Below, piece by piece: positions 1 through 7,940 of a stretch of 64,000 nucleotides of DNA; position 1 is the stretch's first letter, and each line of letters starts with the position of its first letter. The notes beneath the pieces were generated by a model. That model did no database searches, was not told the origin of the DNA, and saw only the letters and a program-made list of their open reading frames with translations. This DNA is from an uncultured Chitinophaga sp. (GTDB lineage: Bacteria; Planctomycetota; Phycisphaerae; Phycisphaerales; SM1A02). The stretch lies in NCBI GenBank assembly GCA_964440815.1, contig CAYTYU010000001.1:5646-69645 (forward strand), given 5' to 3'. Position numbers and translations under genes: made by a program.

Positions 1-243
1 GTGCCGATTCCGCGCGCTGCGCGAGCTCGATCATGCCGCCGGAGAGGTCGACGCCGTGGACGCGCGACGCACCGCGGTCGGCCAGCATGCGGGCGTAGAT
101 GCCGTCGCCGCAGGCAAGGTCGAGCACGGACCTGCCGCGGACGTCGCCCATCAGGCCGAAGAGCGTCGGCTGCTCCACCTCGACGCGCCACGGCAACAGC
201 TTGGAGGCGGCGTACTCGTCGGCGATTGCGTCGTATTCGGCCA
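1..243 (-). CDS. class I SAM-dependent methyltransferase, N-terminal part only (gene runs off the left window edge)
   Basis: My own reverse-strand translation from ATG 243..241 reads MAEYDAIADEYAASKLLPWRVEVEQPTLFGLMGDVRGRSVLDLACGDGIYARMLADRGASRVHGVDLSGGMIELAQRAE. VLDLACGDG is SAM-binding motif I and VHGVDLS is motif II. It is absent from the ORF track because no stop lies inside the window. Confidence 0.6.
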
Positions 244-491
244 TGGGGTCGTGGTCGGACGCTAGTCCATGGGTACGGATCGGTCGGCGGGCGCACCGTG
301 GTGCTGCACCGGCTGAGCTGCTGCCAGCCGGCGGCGCCATCGACTGGCGCGCACCGGGCCGCCGGGAGCCGTAAGTCGATCCATCGCAGTCGCTTACGTC
401 GCTTTTGCACTCGCGGACCCGCCCGGGCTTCTTGAACGACATTCAGATCGTGCGCGAATCCACGGACTCCGGATCCACAAATACGCGATAA

Positions 492-513
492 GAAAGGAAG
501 CGACGTTCCTTTC
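492..513. promoter_or_regulatory. perfect inverted repeat GAAAGGAA-N6-TTCCTTTC upstream of the rhodopsin gene (candidate operator or leader hairpin)
   Basis: Read directly: gaaaggaa gcgacg ttcctttc. It lies about 85 nt upstream of ATG 599, inside an AT-rich patch of the 355-nt divergent intergenic region. Confidence 0.3.
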
Positions 514-598
514 CAGAATCGGTCCCGGCACCTGGCCCTCGGTGGGCCACGGCGCCGAGGCCCATGGAGGCTCTCACGTGACGCCAATTCTCGCAGAC

Positions 599-1363
599 AT
601 GTCAACGACGATGCGCGCCCTCAACGCCGGGCTGTCCATGGAAGGGGTCACCATGTACCTCTTCTGGCTGTCCACCGTGGCGATGGGCGCGGGCGCCCTG
701 TATTTCTGGCTGCAGCGCAAGACCGTGCAGGTGCAGTACCAGACCGCGATGACCGTGGCCGGCATCATCTGCGCCGTCGCGGCCTTCCACTACTGGCGCA
801 TGAGCGGCATCTACCTCGAGGGCGTGGCCAGCCTGTTCGACGCAAGCGGCCAGCGGATCGCGGGCGCGACGATCAAGCAGTTCCCGACGGCCTACCGCTA
901 CATCGACTGGCTGATCACCGTGCCGCTGCTCGTCATGGAGTTCCCGCTGCTCCTGAACCTGGGCAAGAAGGGCTCCGAGCTCTTCAAGGGCCTCGTGTTC
1001 TGGTCGCTGGTGATGCTGGTGACCGCGTGGGTGGCCGAGGAGAGCCCGACCGGCAGCCAGCAGTGGTGGACGTGGTACGTCGTGAGCTGCGGCTCGTGGC
1101 TCTACATCGTCTACATGCTGTTCACCAAGGTCACCGAGGCGATGGAGACCGCTCCCCCGAGCATCCAGGCCAGCCTGAAGGCGATGCGCCTCTTCGTGAC
1201 CATCGGCTGGGTGATCTACCCCGTGGGCTTCCTGATGGCCCTCGGCGGAACCAACGGCGAGAGCTGGCGCGAGGTCTGCTACAACGTGGCGGACGTCATC
1301 AACAAGGTCTTCTTCGGCCTGGTCTGCTACCAGGGCGTGAAGGGCCTCGGAGAGCGCGCCTGA
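599..1363 (+). CDS. microbial rhodopsin, proteorhodopsin/xanthorhodopsin-like light-driven proton pump (DTE motif)
   Basis: ORF 542..1363 with seven hydrophobic helices. Helix C is RYIDWLITVPLLVMEF (Asp/Thr/Glu at the BR 85/89/96 positions). Helix F is IGWVIYPVGF. Helix G is ADVINKVFFGL, with the Schiff-base Lys and the counter-ion Asp at K-4. There is a His in AAFHYW. The start is uncertain (GTG 542; ATG 599, 611 or 638); I chose 599. Confidence 0.9.
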   Translation: MSTTMRALNAGLSMEGVTMYLFWLSTVAMGAGALYFWLQRKTVQVQYQTAMTVAGIICAVAAFHYWRMSGIYLEGVASLFDASGQRIAGATIKQFPTAYRYIDWLITVPLLVMEFPLLLNLGKKGSELFKGLVFWSLVMLVTAWVAEESPTGSQQWWTWYVVSCGSWLYIVYMLFTKVTEAMETAPPSIQASLKAMRLFVTIGWVIYPVGFLMALGGTNGESWREVCYNVADVINKVFFGLVCYQGVKGLGERA

Positions 1364-1381
1364 CCGCGTCGGCCTGAAGCA

Positions 1382-2470
1382 TTGACCTCCGCCCCGCCCA
1401 CCGCCGCCGTGCGCGAGCACCCCTCCGGGGTGCTTGCGACGGCGGCGGCGGCGGGGCGCGTCTTTGGTGGCTCGCGCACGTTCCCCTGGGTGATGCTGGC
1501 GATCGCCGCCGGGGCCGGGCTCCTGGACCATGCATGGACGGCGGCCGCCGCGCCATGGCCATTCATCGTGGCGCTGTGCGCGTTCGGCATGCCGCACGGC
1601 GCGGCCGACTGGACGGTCTCGGCACGGCTCTCCGGCCGCTCCGGGGCCTGGTCGCGGCTGGCGGGATTCGCCGGGTACCTCGCGATGATGCTCGCGAGCC
1701 TGGCGGTGATCATGTGGCAGCCGGGCGTGGCCGCGCTGCTGTTCCTCCTGCTGACGGTCTTCCACTTCGGCATGGCCGACGCGACGGCCGTGCTGGCTGA
1801 CGACGACGGCCCCGTCGCGCGCTGGGGACTGGTGCTCGGCCGCGGCCTGCTCCTGCTCTCGACGGCGTTCGCGGCCCATCCGCAGGAGGCGTGGGAGCCC
1901 TTTGCGCGGATCGGCGCGGCGCTCTCACCGTCGGCATCGCCGTGGCAGCCGGGGATCGCGGTCCTCCGTGACCTGGCGGCGGTGGGCGTGGCGGCCGGTG
2001 CGGCGCTGGCCGCGTGCAGCGCCGTCGCGCGCATCCGCGCGGGCCATCCGCGCGAGGCCGCGCTCGACCTGGCCGAGCATGCGCTGGTCGCGACGCTCGC
2101 CGCGGCCGCGGATCCGCTCTTTGCCGTGGGCTGCTTCTTCCTGGGAGTCCACGCGTTCCGGCATTCGCGGCGGCTGGCCTGCACGCGTTGCGTGATCGAG
2201 GCGCCGCACGCGCAGTCATCGCAGGGCAGGCCGGCGGCGCCCCGGCCCGGGCTCCTCGGTCGCCTGCTTCGCGTGCACGTCGCCAGCCTGCCGCTGATGT
2301 GGCCGACGGCCGCGTGCCTTGCGGTCCTCTGCTGGCTGATCGGCGGCGCGGACGCGCGCACGTTGGCGGACGCGAGCATCGCCTTCTACATGATCACCAC
2401 GCTGCCGCACCACCTGCTGGGCCTGCGCCTTCCGAGGCCCGACATGCCTCCCGCGGCACGTGCCGCATGA
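1382..2470 (+). CDS. blh: Brp/Blh family beta-carotene 15,15'-dioxygenase (retinal synthase)
   Basis: Begins 18 nt after the rhodopsin stop. It is a multi-TM protein with the conserved His contexts of the family (GMPHGAADW, VFHFGMAD, LAEHALV, GVHAFRH). The TTG start is taken from the ORF track; ATG 1493 is an alternative. Confidence 0.8.
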   Translation: MTSAPPTAAVREHPSGVLATAAAAGRVFGGSRTFPWVMLAIAAGAGLLDHAWTAAAAPWPFIVALCAFGMPHGAADWTVSARLSGRSGAWSRLAGFAGYLAMMLASLAVIMWQPGVAALLFLLLTVFHFGMADATAVLADDDGPVARWGLVLGRGLLLLSTAFAAHPQEAWEPFARIGAALSPSASPWQPGIAVLRDLAAVGVAAGAALAACSAVARIRAGHPREAALDLAEHALVATLAAAADPLFAVGCFFLGVHAFRHSRRLACTRCVIEAPHAQSSQGRPAAPRPGLLGRLLRVHVASLPLMWPTAACLAVLCWLIGGADARTLADASIAFYMITTLPHHLLGLRLPRPDMPPAARAA

Positions 2471-2840
2471 CGCCGACGCCCCGGCCGTGCGCCCGGGGCG
2501 GGGACCTCGATCACCTCGACGAAGAACGAGCTGTTGAAGCCGCGGATCTCGTACTCGGCGAGGTTGCCGTTGAGGAACGTCTGACGTCGGTCGGATTCAC
2601 CCAGAGCGAAGCCACGTTGGACGCCGTGCTGAACCCGACCGAGCCATCGGCGGCGATGGTGGCGTAGTTGTTCATGAGCGACGGGATGCCCGTCACGCCC
2701 TGCGGTTCGAAGTGCCCCCAGAACATGCGCCGATCCATGTATCCGCGGCTCGATTCTCGCTGGTCGTAGGGCAGGGCGCTCGCGGGCGCGCGCGGCGCGG
2801 AACGATGTGACATTCGAGGCCTAGGATCAACTGCCTCCAA
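2470..2840 (-). pseudogene. probable remnant of a PEP-CTERM-type secreted protein gene (frameshifted; N-terminus and membrane anchor missing)
   Basis: ORF 2511..2840(-) reads ..GIPSLMNNYATIAADGSVGFSTASNVASLWVNPTDV and then loses sense. Shifting one frame near 2575-2590 continues FLNGNLAEYEIRGFNSSFFVEVIEVPAPGA (VPAPGA at about 2487..2504). The hydrophobic helix and Arg cluster that follow this motif in the intact PEP-CTERM proteins of the window are absent, and the frame runs into the blh stop. There is no signal peptide. Confidence 0.3.
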
Positions 2841-2845
2841 CCACC

Positions 2846-3403
2846 ATGCATCCTGCCTCGAGATTGCCGATTTCCCTGGCCCTGTTGACCATCATGGGCT
2901 GCGCCTCGCCACCATCCGGATCCGCCGCGCCATCGGCCGGGGATGCAGGTCGCGCGCCGCCGCCCCCGCGGATCAAGGCATGGATGGACCGCCTCACGGT
3001 CGCGCACGCCTACGACCCGAAGACCGGCTTCATCGTCGCCCGAGAGACGGTGTCGCTGCCGCCGATCCTCGCCGATGCGCCCACGCTGGACGCGGCGATC
3101 GCATCGGCGGGGTCCGAACGCGTGGTGATCGCGTTCGCGACCGCCGACCGGTGCGCGCCGTGCCAGCAGTACAAGCGCGATGCCCTGAACGACGTCGCCG
3201 TGATCGCGCGGCTTTCTGATCCGCGCTTCGTGCCGACCCACGTGGAGGTCGACCGTGCAGGCGAGCTCGCGGAGGCGCACCTGGGTGGGCGCGACATCCC
3301 CATGACCTACGCGCTGCGCGACGGAAGGGTGGTGGCGACGCTGGCCGGGCAGCGCTCGGGGGCGGAGCTTCTGGCGTGGCTGGACGGTCTGCCGGGGGGC
3401 TGA
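2846..3403 (+). CDS. thioredoxin-fold lipoprotein (CxxC = CAPC)
   Basis: Signal peptide with lipobox LTIMGC. The redox motif FATADRCAPCQQYK sits in a thioredoxin-like layout, and the C-terminal segment is TrxA-like (IPMTYALRDGRVVATLAG). Confidence 0.7.
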   Translation: MHPASRLPISLALLTIMGCASPPSGSAAPSAGDAGRAPPPPRIKAWMDRLTVAHAYDPKTGFIVARETVSLPPILADAPTLDAAIASAGSERVVIAFATADRCAPCQQYKRDALNDVAVIARLSDPRFVPTHVEVDRAGELAEAHLGGRDIPMTYALRDGRVVATLAGQRSGAELLAWLDGLPGG

Positions 3404-4506
3404 CGCGGGGACAGGGCCGTCGCTGCAGGTACGTCCGGCGCGGTGACCGCGGCACGCGCCCGGGCCGCCCGCTCCTCGCGCCGCGGGACGATGTCCCATG
3501 CGAGGCCGACGAGGGACAAGGCGCGCACCTCGAGGTAGGTGACGTCGAGTTCCCACCACCGGTGCCGGACGGTGCAGCAGGCGGGATCGGCGTGGTGGTT
3601 GTTGTGCCAGCCCTCGCCGCAGGCGGCGATGGCGACCAGCCAGTTGTTTCGGCTGTTCTCGTCGGTGTCGTGGTTTCGGTAGCCGAAGATGTGGGTGAGG
3701 CTGTTCACGCTCCAGGTGATGTGCCACACCAGCACCGTGCGCAGGAACACGCCCCATGCGACGACGCCGGCGGCGAAGTTCGCGGCGCCCGCGGCGTCGG
3801 TCCAGGCGAGCGCGACCGCGAACGACACGGCCGCGAAGAGCACGACCTGCGCGCCGTAGAACCAGAGCGGGCTCCACGGGTGCTTCTCGATCCACATGTA
3901 GAAGGGGTCGCGGAGGACGTCGCGCGCGTAGCGCTCGTAGTTGGCGCGGTGGTGCAGGTCGCGGTTTCGCACCAGGAGCCACCACATGTGCCCCCACAGG
4001 AAGGTCACCATCGGCGTGTGCGGGTCCTCTCGCTCGTCGCTGTGGGCATGGTGCATCCGGTGCGTGGCGATCCACCGCGCGGGCGAGTCCTCCAGGCAGC
4101 ACAGCGCGCCGACCACCAGCAGGTGCTCGAACCAGCGGGGCGTGCTGAAGCTGCGGTGGGCCAGCAGCCGGTGGTAGCCGAGCGTGATGGTCTGCCCGAA
4201 GACGTGCACGCCGGCCAGGCAGAGGACGACGGCGGTCCAGGAGAAGAATGCGGGCACCAGCGTCGCCAGGCACAGCACGTGCACCGCGACGATGGGGACG
4301 AAGTAGCGGACGAGCACCTGCCGCGGCTCGGTGGCCTCGGGGCGCTGCAGGGAAGATCGGAATGTCGTCAACGGTGGTGCCGAGGCGTGGGGAGGGGCGC
4401 TGTCGCCGGGAACGGCGCTCAGATGCGCCCTTTCAAGGACTCTACCTGCTTCACCCCGTGACGTTGCCCCACCGGCCGAGGAATGCGCCGAGATCGATTC
4501 CGTCAA
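3307..4506 (-). CDS. acyl-CoA (delta-9 type) fatty acid desaturase
   Basis: Three histidine boxes (HRLLAH, HRMHHAHSD, HNNHHA) plus the flanking TM helices typical of membrane desaturases. The true start is probably downstream of 4506, because the ORF overlaps the upstream gene by 56 nt. The low-complexity C-terminal tail overlaps the convergent thioredoxin-like gene by 97 nt. Confidence 0.85.
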   Translation of the reverse strand: MTESISAHSSAGGATSRGEAGRVLERAHLSAVPGDSAPPHASAPPLTTFRSSLQRPEATEPRQVLVRYFVPIVAVHVLCLATLVPAFFSWTAVVLCLAGVHVFGQTITLGYHRLLAHRSFSTPRWFEHLLVVGALCCLEDSPARWIATHRMHHAHSDEREDPHTPMVTFLWGHMWWLLVRNRDLHHRANYERYARDVLRDPFYMWIEKHPWSPLWFYGAQVVLFAAVSFAVALAWTDAAGAANFAAGVVAWGVFLRTVLVWHITWSVNSLTHIFGYRNHDTDENSRNNWLVAIAACGEGWHNNHHADPACCTVRHRWWELDVTYLEVRALSLVGLAWDIVPRREERAARARAAVTAPDVPAATALSPRQPPGRPSSHARSSAPERCPASVATTLPSRSA

Positions 4507-6886
4507 CCTCCCGGTCGCCGTTCAGGTCGCACGCGCACGCACCGGACGCCGGGCACGATCCCCAGGACCCGAGCAGCATGCCGAGGTCGATGCCGTCCAC
4601 CGCGCCGTCGCGGTTGAAGTCGCCGAGGTCGCCGGGACCGGTGATCCTGTCTTCGAAGGACCGAAGCGGCGGGAGTCCCAGCGCGACGCGGCCTGCGGCG
4701 CCGACCGCCGGGATGCTCTCGCCGTTGGGCAGCGGCAGCTCGGGGTGGTCGAAGGGTGCGGACTCGTCGCGGACGCGCTCGTCGGTGAGGTGGTGCATGA
4801 AGGACACCAGGGCGTCGATCTCGTGGTCGCGCAGGCCCAGCGTGACCATTTGCGGCGAGAGGTCGGCCGCGTTCGCCTCGTGGAAGTCGCCGCCGCGGTT
4901 GTAGAACGCGACGGTCTGGCGCAGCGTCGCCGATCCGCCGTTGTGGAAGTAGGGGCCGGTGAGCTCGACGTTCCGGAGCGTGGGCGTCTTGAAGGCGCCG
5001 TGCACGGCGGCATGGATGCCAGGGGGCACCGGGACCGAGGGATTGAACTCGGGCGTCGGCAGCCCAAGCTGCACGCGGCGGGTCCAGGAGAGCGGCGTCC
5101 CGGCGAACCCGGGCCCGCCGATGCCGAGGTCCTCGATCGTCGGGCGGACGCCGATGTTGTAGAAGCCCATGTCGTAGGCACCGTCGGGAAGCACCTGCAG
5201 CGTGGCGCGGTACGTGCCGTTGATGAGGACCGCATACCGGCCGACCGGGAAGAGCTCGAGCGTCAGGCGGAGCCAGGTGCCGCAGCCGCCGCCAGGCAGC
5301 GGCTCGCGGCGGACCTCGGCGACCAGCATGCCCGTGCCCTCCTCGGGGTTCATGATCGAGTTGCGCACGAGCCCGCACGCGTTCGCGGGGAACTGCGGGA
5401 GTTCATCGTCGATGATCTCCTCGCCGTCGTCGGGGTCGTTCGAGTTTCCCTGCAGGCGTATCAGTTCGATCGAGCGGCCCGAGACCTGGAAGGTGAGCGG
5501 CCGGATCGCGGGGTCGCCGTCTGCCGCGTGGTTGGCGAAGGTGACCGTGGCGGCGCGCGTCTCGGCCATCGCCAGCATCCGCTCGATGCCGCCCTGGGCA
5601 ACGTACGGCACCGGCCCGGGTGCCGGCGGCGCGGTCACGCCCATCCCGGCCCAGGTGGCCGACGTGAAGAGCGGGGTCGCGTGGCAGTCGACGCAGCGCG
5701 TGATGGGCAGGTCTTCGAACTGGCCGACGTTCATGAAGAGGTCGAGGCCAAGCAGGGCCTCCCCGTCGAGGTGGCCACCGCCGTCCTCTGGGAAGCCGGC
5801 TTCGGCGAAGCGGTCGTATGGGCTGTCGTCGGACACCAGCGTCGACTGGTAGAGCATCAGCGCGATGCCGAAGTAGAGGGGGAAGTTCGCCTCGATCTGC
5901 GTCGCGGCGCCCGGGACGGCCGGCGCGCCGTGCCATTCCGGCCGGAACGCCTGCTGGATGAGCGCGCGGTAGGTCGTTGCCAGGCCAAACCCGTCCGCCG
6001 CGGCACGCGAGCCCAGCACCGAGTCGGTGGCGCTCACGCGCTGCGCGGCGAGCGGGCGGACTTCGAGGAGGCGTCGTCCGAGGCTTCCCCAGTCGCGGCC
6101 CTCGCACGCCATCTCGACGCCGTTGTTCGCCGGGCCGACCGCCTGCGAGGCAAGGCCCGCGAAGTCAAGCCGCAGCGCGACGGGCACCAGTGCACCCGTC
6201 GCGGCATCCCACCGCTGCACGCGCGCCTGCGGGTTGGTGGGGCCGAACGGGTCGACGCCGTTGAACCACGGGTTGGCGCGGCCATCCCAGAACTGGCGGA
6301 CGTTGAACGCGGCGTTGATGACCGTGGGCGGATTGCGTCCCGTCACCTGGCGGACATTGCGGACGCCATCGTTGAAGACCGGGTCGGCGACATCGGTGCA
6401 GCGGTCCTCGCCGGTCTCGGCGTTGAGTTCGAGGAAGGCGCGGCGCAGCACGCCCTGGCTTCCGACCACGTCGTCCACGCTGCGGAGCCGGGTGCTGAAC
6501 CGCGAGTCCGGGTTGGCGAACAGCGTCGTGGGGAAGAACGCTTCCGGCTTCAGTCCACCGGGACCGACCCCCGCGTCAAAGGTGCCGTTGAACCCGGGGT
6601 GCACGGTGTTGAGCGTCCGCGGGTCGACGCCCGCGTGGCCGTGGCACGTGGCGCATGCGGTCTGCATGTCGCTGCCGAACGCGATGTCCCAGAAAAGCGC
6701 CTTGCCGAGGGCGATGGCGACGTCGCGATCGGCGACGAATTCGGCGAGCCGGGTTGGCTCGGGAATCCACACCGTTCCGAGGGCCGGGGGCGGCGTCGGC
6801 GCGGGATCGACCTTCTGGGCGGCGGACGATGCTGCGACAGCGGCCGCGACCGCGGCAGCGACAAGACGAACGACATGTGGTGCCAC
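4451..6886 (-). CDS. di-haem cytochrome c peroxidase family protein with C-terminal dockerin-like repeats
   Basis: Signal peptide; two CxxCH motifs (CATCH, CVDCH); CCP/MauG signatures FKTPTLRNV and GPYFHNGG. The tail is GDFNRDGAVDGIDLGMLLGSWG...CDLNGDREVDGIDLGAFLGRWG. Confidence 0.85.
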   Translation of the reverse strand: MAPHVVRLVAAAVAAAVAASSAAQKVDPAPTPPPALGTVWIPEPTRLAEFVADRDVAIALGKALFWDIAFGSDMQTACATCHGHAGVDPRTLNTVHPGFNGTFDAGVGPGGLKPEAFFPTTLFANPDSRFSTRLRSVDDVVGSQGVLRRAFLELNAETGEDRCTDVADPVFNDGVRNVRQVTGRNPPTVINAAFNVRQFWDGRANPWFNGVDPFGPTNPQARVQRWDAATGALVPVALRLDFAGLASQAVGPANNGVEMACEGRDWGSLGRRLLEVRPLAAQRVSATDSVLGSRAAADGFGLATTYRALIQQAFRPEWHGAPAVPGAATQIEANFPLYFGIALMLYQSTLVSDDSPYDRFAEAGFPEDGGGHLDGEALLGLDLFMNVGQFEDLPITRCVDCHATPLFTSATWAGMGVTAPPAPGPVPYVAQGGIERMLAMAETRAATVTFANHAADGDPAIRPLTFQVSGRSIELIRLQGNSNDPDDGEEIIDDELPQFPANACGLVRNSIMNPEEGTGMLVAEVRREPLPGGGCGTWLRLTLELFPVGRYAVLINGTYRATLQVLPDGAYDMGFYNIGVRPTIEDLGIGGPGFAGTPLSWTRRVQLGLPTPEFNPSVPVPPGIHAAVHGAFKTPTLRNVELTGPYFHNGGSATLRQTVAFYNRGGDFHEANAADLSPQMVTLGLRDHEIDALVSFMHHLTDERVRDESAPFDHPELPLPNGESIPAVGAAGRVALGLPPLRSFEDRITGPGDLGDFNRDGAVDGIDLGMLLGSWGSCPASGACACDLNGDREVDGIDLGAFLGRWGNVTG

Positions 6887-7026
6887 TGGATCCCTGGGTC
6901 AGGCCGGGGTCGTCCGCCGTGCGCCCACGATGCGCGCCAGGCGGCCGTCCCACCTGATAAGACGCGATCGGGCTCCGAATCACCTCACGCAATTCCCGAG
7001 ATTCGCGAATTTTGCACGAAGCGCCC

Positions 7027-7344
7027 TCACCGCGACGGGTCGTGCGCCGCGCACTCCACCACCAGCAGCCGGCCGGCCGCGCGCTCGAAGCGCTCGCAGG
7101 CGTTGGCGTGGGCGAGCTCGGCGGCAAGCTGGCGGTCGTCGCGGATGATCTCGACGTAGGCGGGCAGGCCGGATGCGGGCGGGGCGATGGCCGAGCGGAC
7201 GGCCACGATGCACGCGGCGGCGAGAGCGGCGGCGGCGATGGTCCGCACGGCACCGTGGCGCAGGCGCCGGCGGCGCGCGGCGTGGCCGAAGGCATCGAGC
7301 CCGCGGGCGAGGATCCGGTGCTGGGCGGGCGTGAGGTCGTTCAT
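7027..7344 (-). CDS. putative anti-sigma factor (single-pass membrane protein)
   Basis: 105-aa ORF MNDLTPAQHRILARGLDAF..., which is the in-frame tail of track ORF 7027..8004. Its ATG overlaps the sigma-factor stop (ATGA at 7341..7344). It has one hydrophobic helix, AVRTIAAAALAAACIVAV. The function is inferred from position only. Confidence 0.45.
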   Translation of the reverse strand: MNDLTPAQHRILARGLDAFGHAARRRRLRHGAVRTIAAAALAAACIVAVRSAIAPPASGLPAYVEIIRDDRQLAAELAHANACERFERAAGRLLVVECAAHDPSR

Positions 7345-7940
7345 GGGTGGTTCCTCATGGCGCGGGCGCGCTCGGCGGCGCGCCGCAGGGTGCTGTCGAC
7401 CGCGGCGCGGCCGAGGCCGAGCATCGCGGCAAGCTGGGTGATGGTCGCGTCGGCGCGGACCTTCAGCTCGAAGAGCGATCGTTCGTGGTCCGTGATCCCG
7501 GCGATCCCGGCGGCCTCGCGGCGGATCTCCTCGAGGAGGTCGTGGTCCGCCAGGAACGCCACCGACTCGTGGCGGTCCTCGGCGACCCGGCGCTCGCGCA
7601 CGCGGCGCGCAAGCTCGCTGCGCAGCAGGTCGATGGCCGCGCTGCGCACTACGCGTCGCAGCCAGGCGTCGAGGCTGGCGGCGCTGCTGCACCGGCACGG
7701 TCTCCGCGCGATGCGCAGCCAGGCCTCCTGCGCCACGTCGTCGGCAAGGTCGCGGCGGCATCCGAGCCGTCGGACGGATTCCGCCTCGACGAACCCGCAG
7801 CGTTCCCGGAAGAGCGCTTCGTACGCCGTGCGGTCGCCGGCCACCATGCGTGCCGTGCAGCGATCGACCGACGGGTCGTCGAACCCTTCGGCCGTCGGGC
7901 CGCTTTCGCGAGGCGCGTGCACGGAGGCGGCGACCGTCAC
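7341..7940 (-). CDS. ECF-type RNA polymerase sigma-70 family factor
   Basis: Region 2 reads DLADDVAQEAWLRIARR and the region 4.2 HTH reads ITQLAAMLGLGRAAVDSTLRRA. The size is about 200 aa. The GTG start overlaps the upstream stop (GTGA at 7937..7940). Confidence 0.85.
   Translation of the reverse strand: MTVAASVHAPRESGPTAEGFDDPSVDRCTARMVAGDRTAYEALFRERCGFVEAESVRRLGCRRDLADDVAQEAWLRIARRPCRCSSAASLDAWLRRVVRSAAIDLLRSELARRVRERRVAEDRHESVAFLADHDLLEEIRREAAGIAGITDHERSLFELKVRADATITQLAAMLGLGRAAVDSTLRRAAERARAMRNHP

Noticed and set aside
599-1363. Rhodopsin as a sodium or chloride pump, a sensory rhodopsin or a heliorhodopsin.
   Set aside because: The helix-C motif is DTE (not NDQ or NTQ), a carboxylic proton donor is present, and no transducer gene is adjacent. 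The helix F/G motifs are proteorhodopsin-like rather than heliorhodopsin-like.
602-1879. 425-aa minus-strand ORF overlapping the rhodopsin and blh genes. Similar long shadow ORFs are 1327..2379(-), 2693..4273(-), 4331..7159(+) and 7347..8951(+).
   Set aside because: The translations are Arg/Ala/Gly/Pro/His-rich low-complexity strings with no motifs. They lie antisense or out of frame to genes with clear family signatures. Long stop-free frames are expected at this GC content.
3307-3403. Long convergent 3' overlaps as evidence of antisense regulation: 3307..3403 (97 nt), 22792..22844 (53 nt), 28301..28344 (44 nt), and the shared CTAG stop at 37688..37691.
   Set aside because: They are most simply explained by the scarcity of stop codons in a high-GC genome, which produces low-complexity C-terminal extensions. 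No additional signal was seen.
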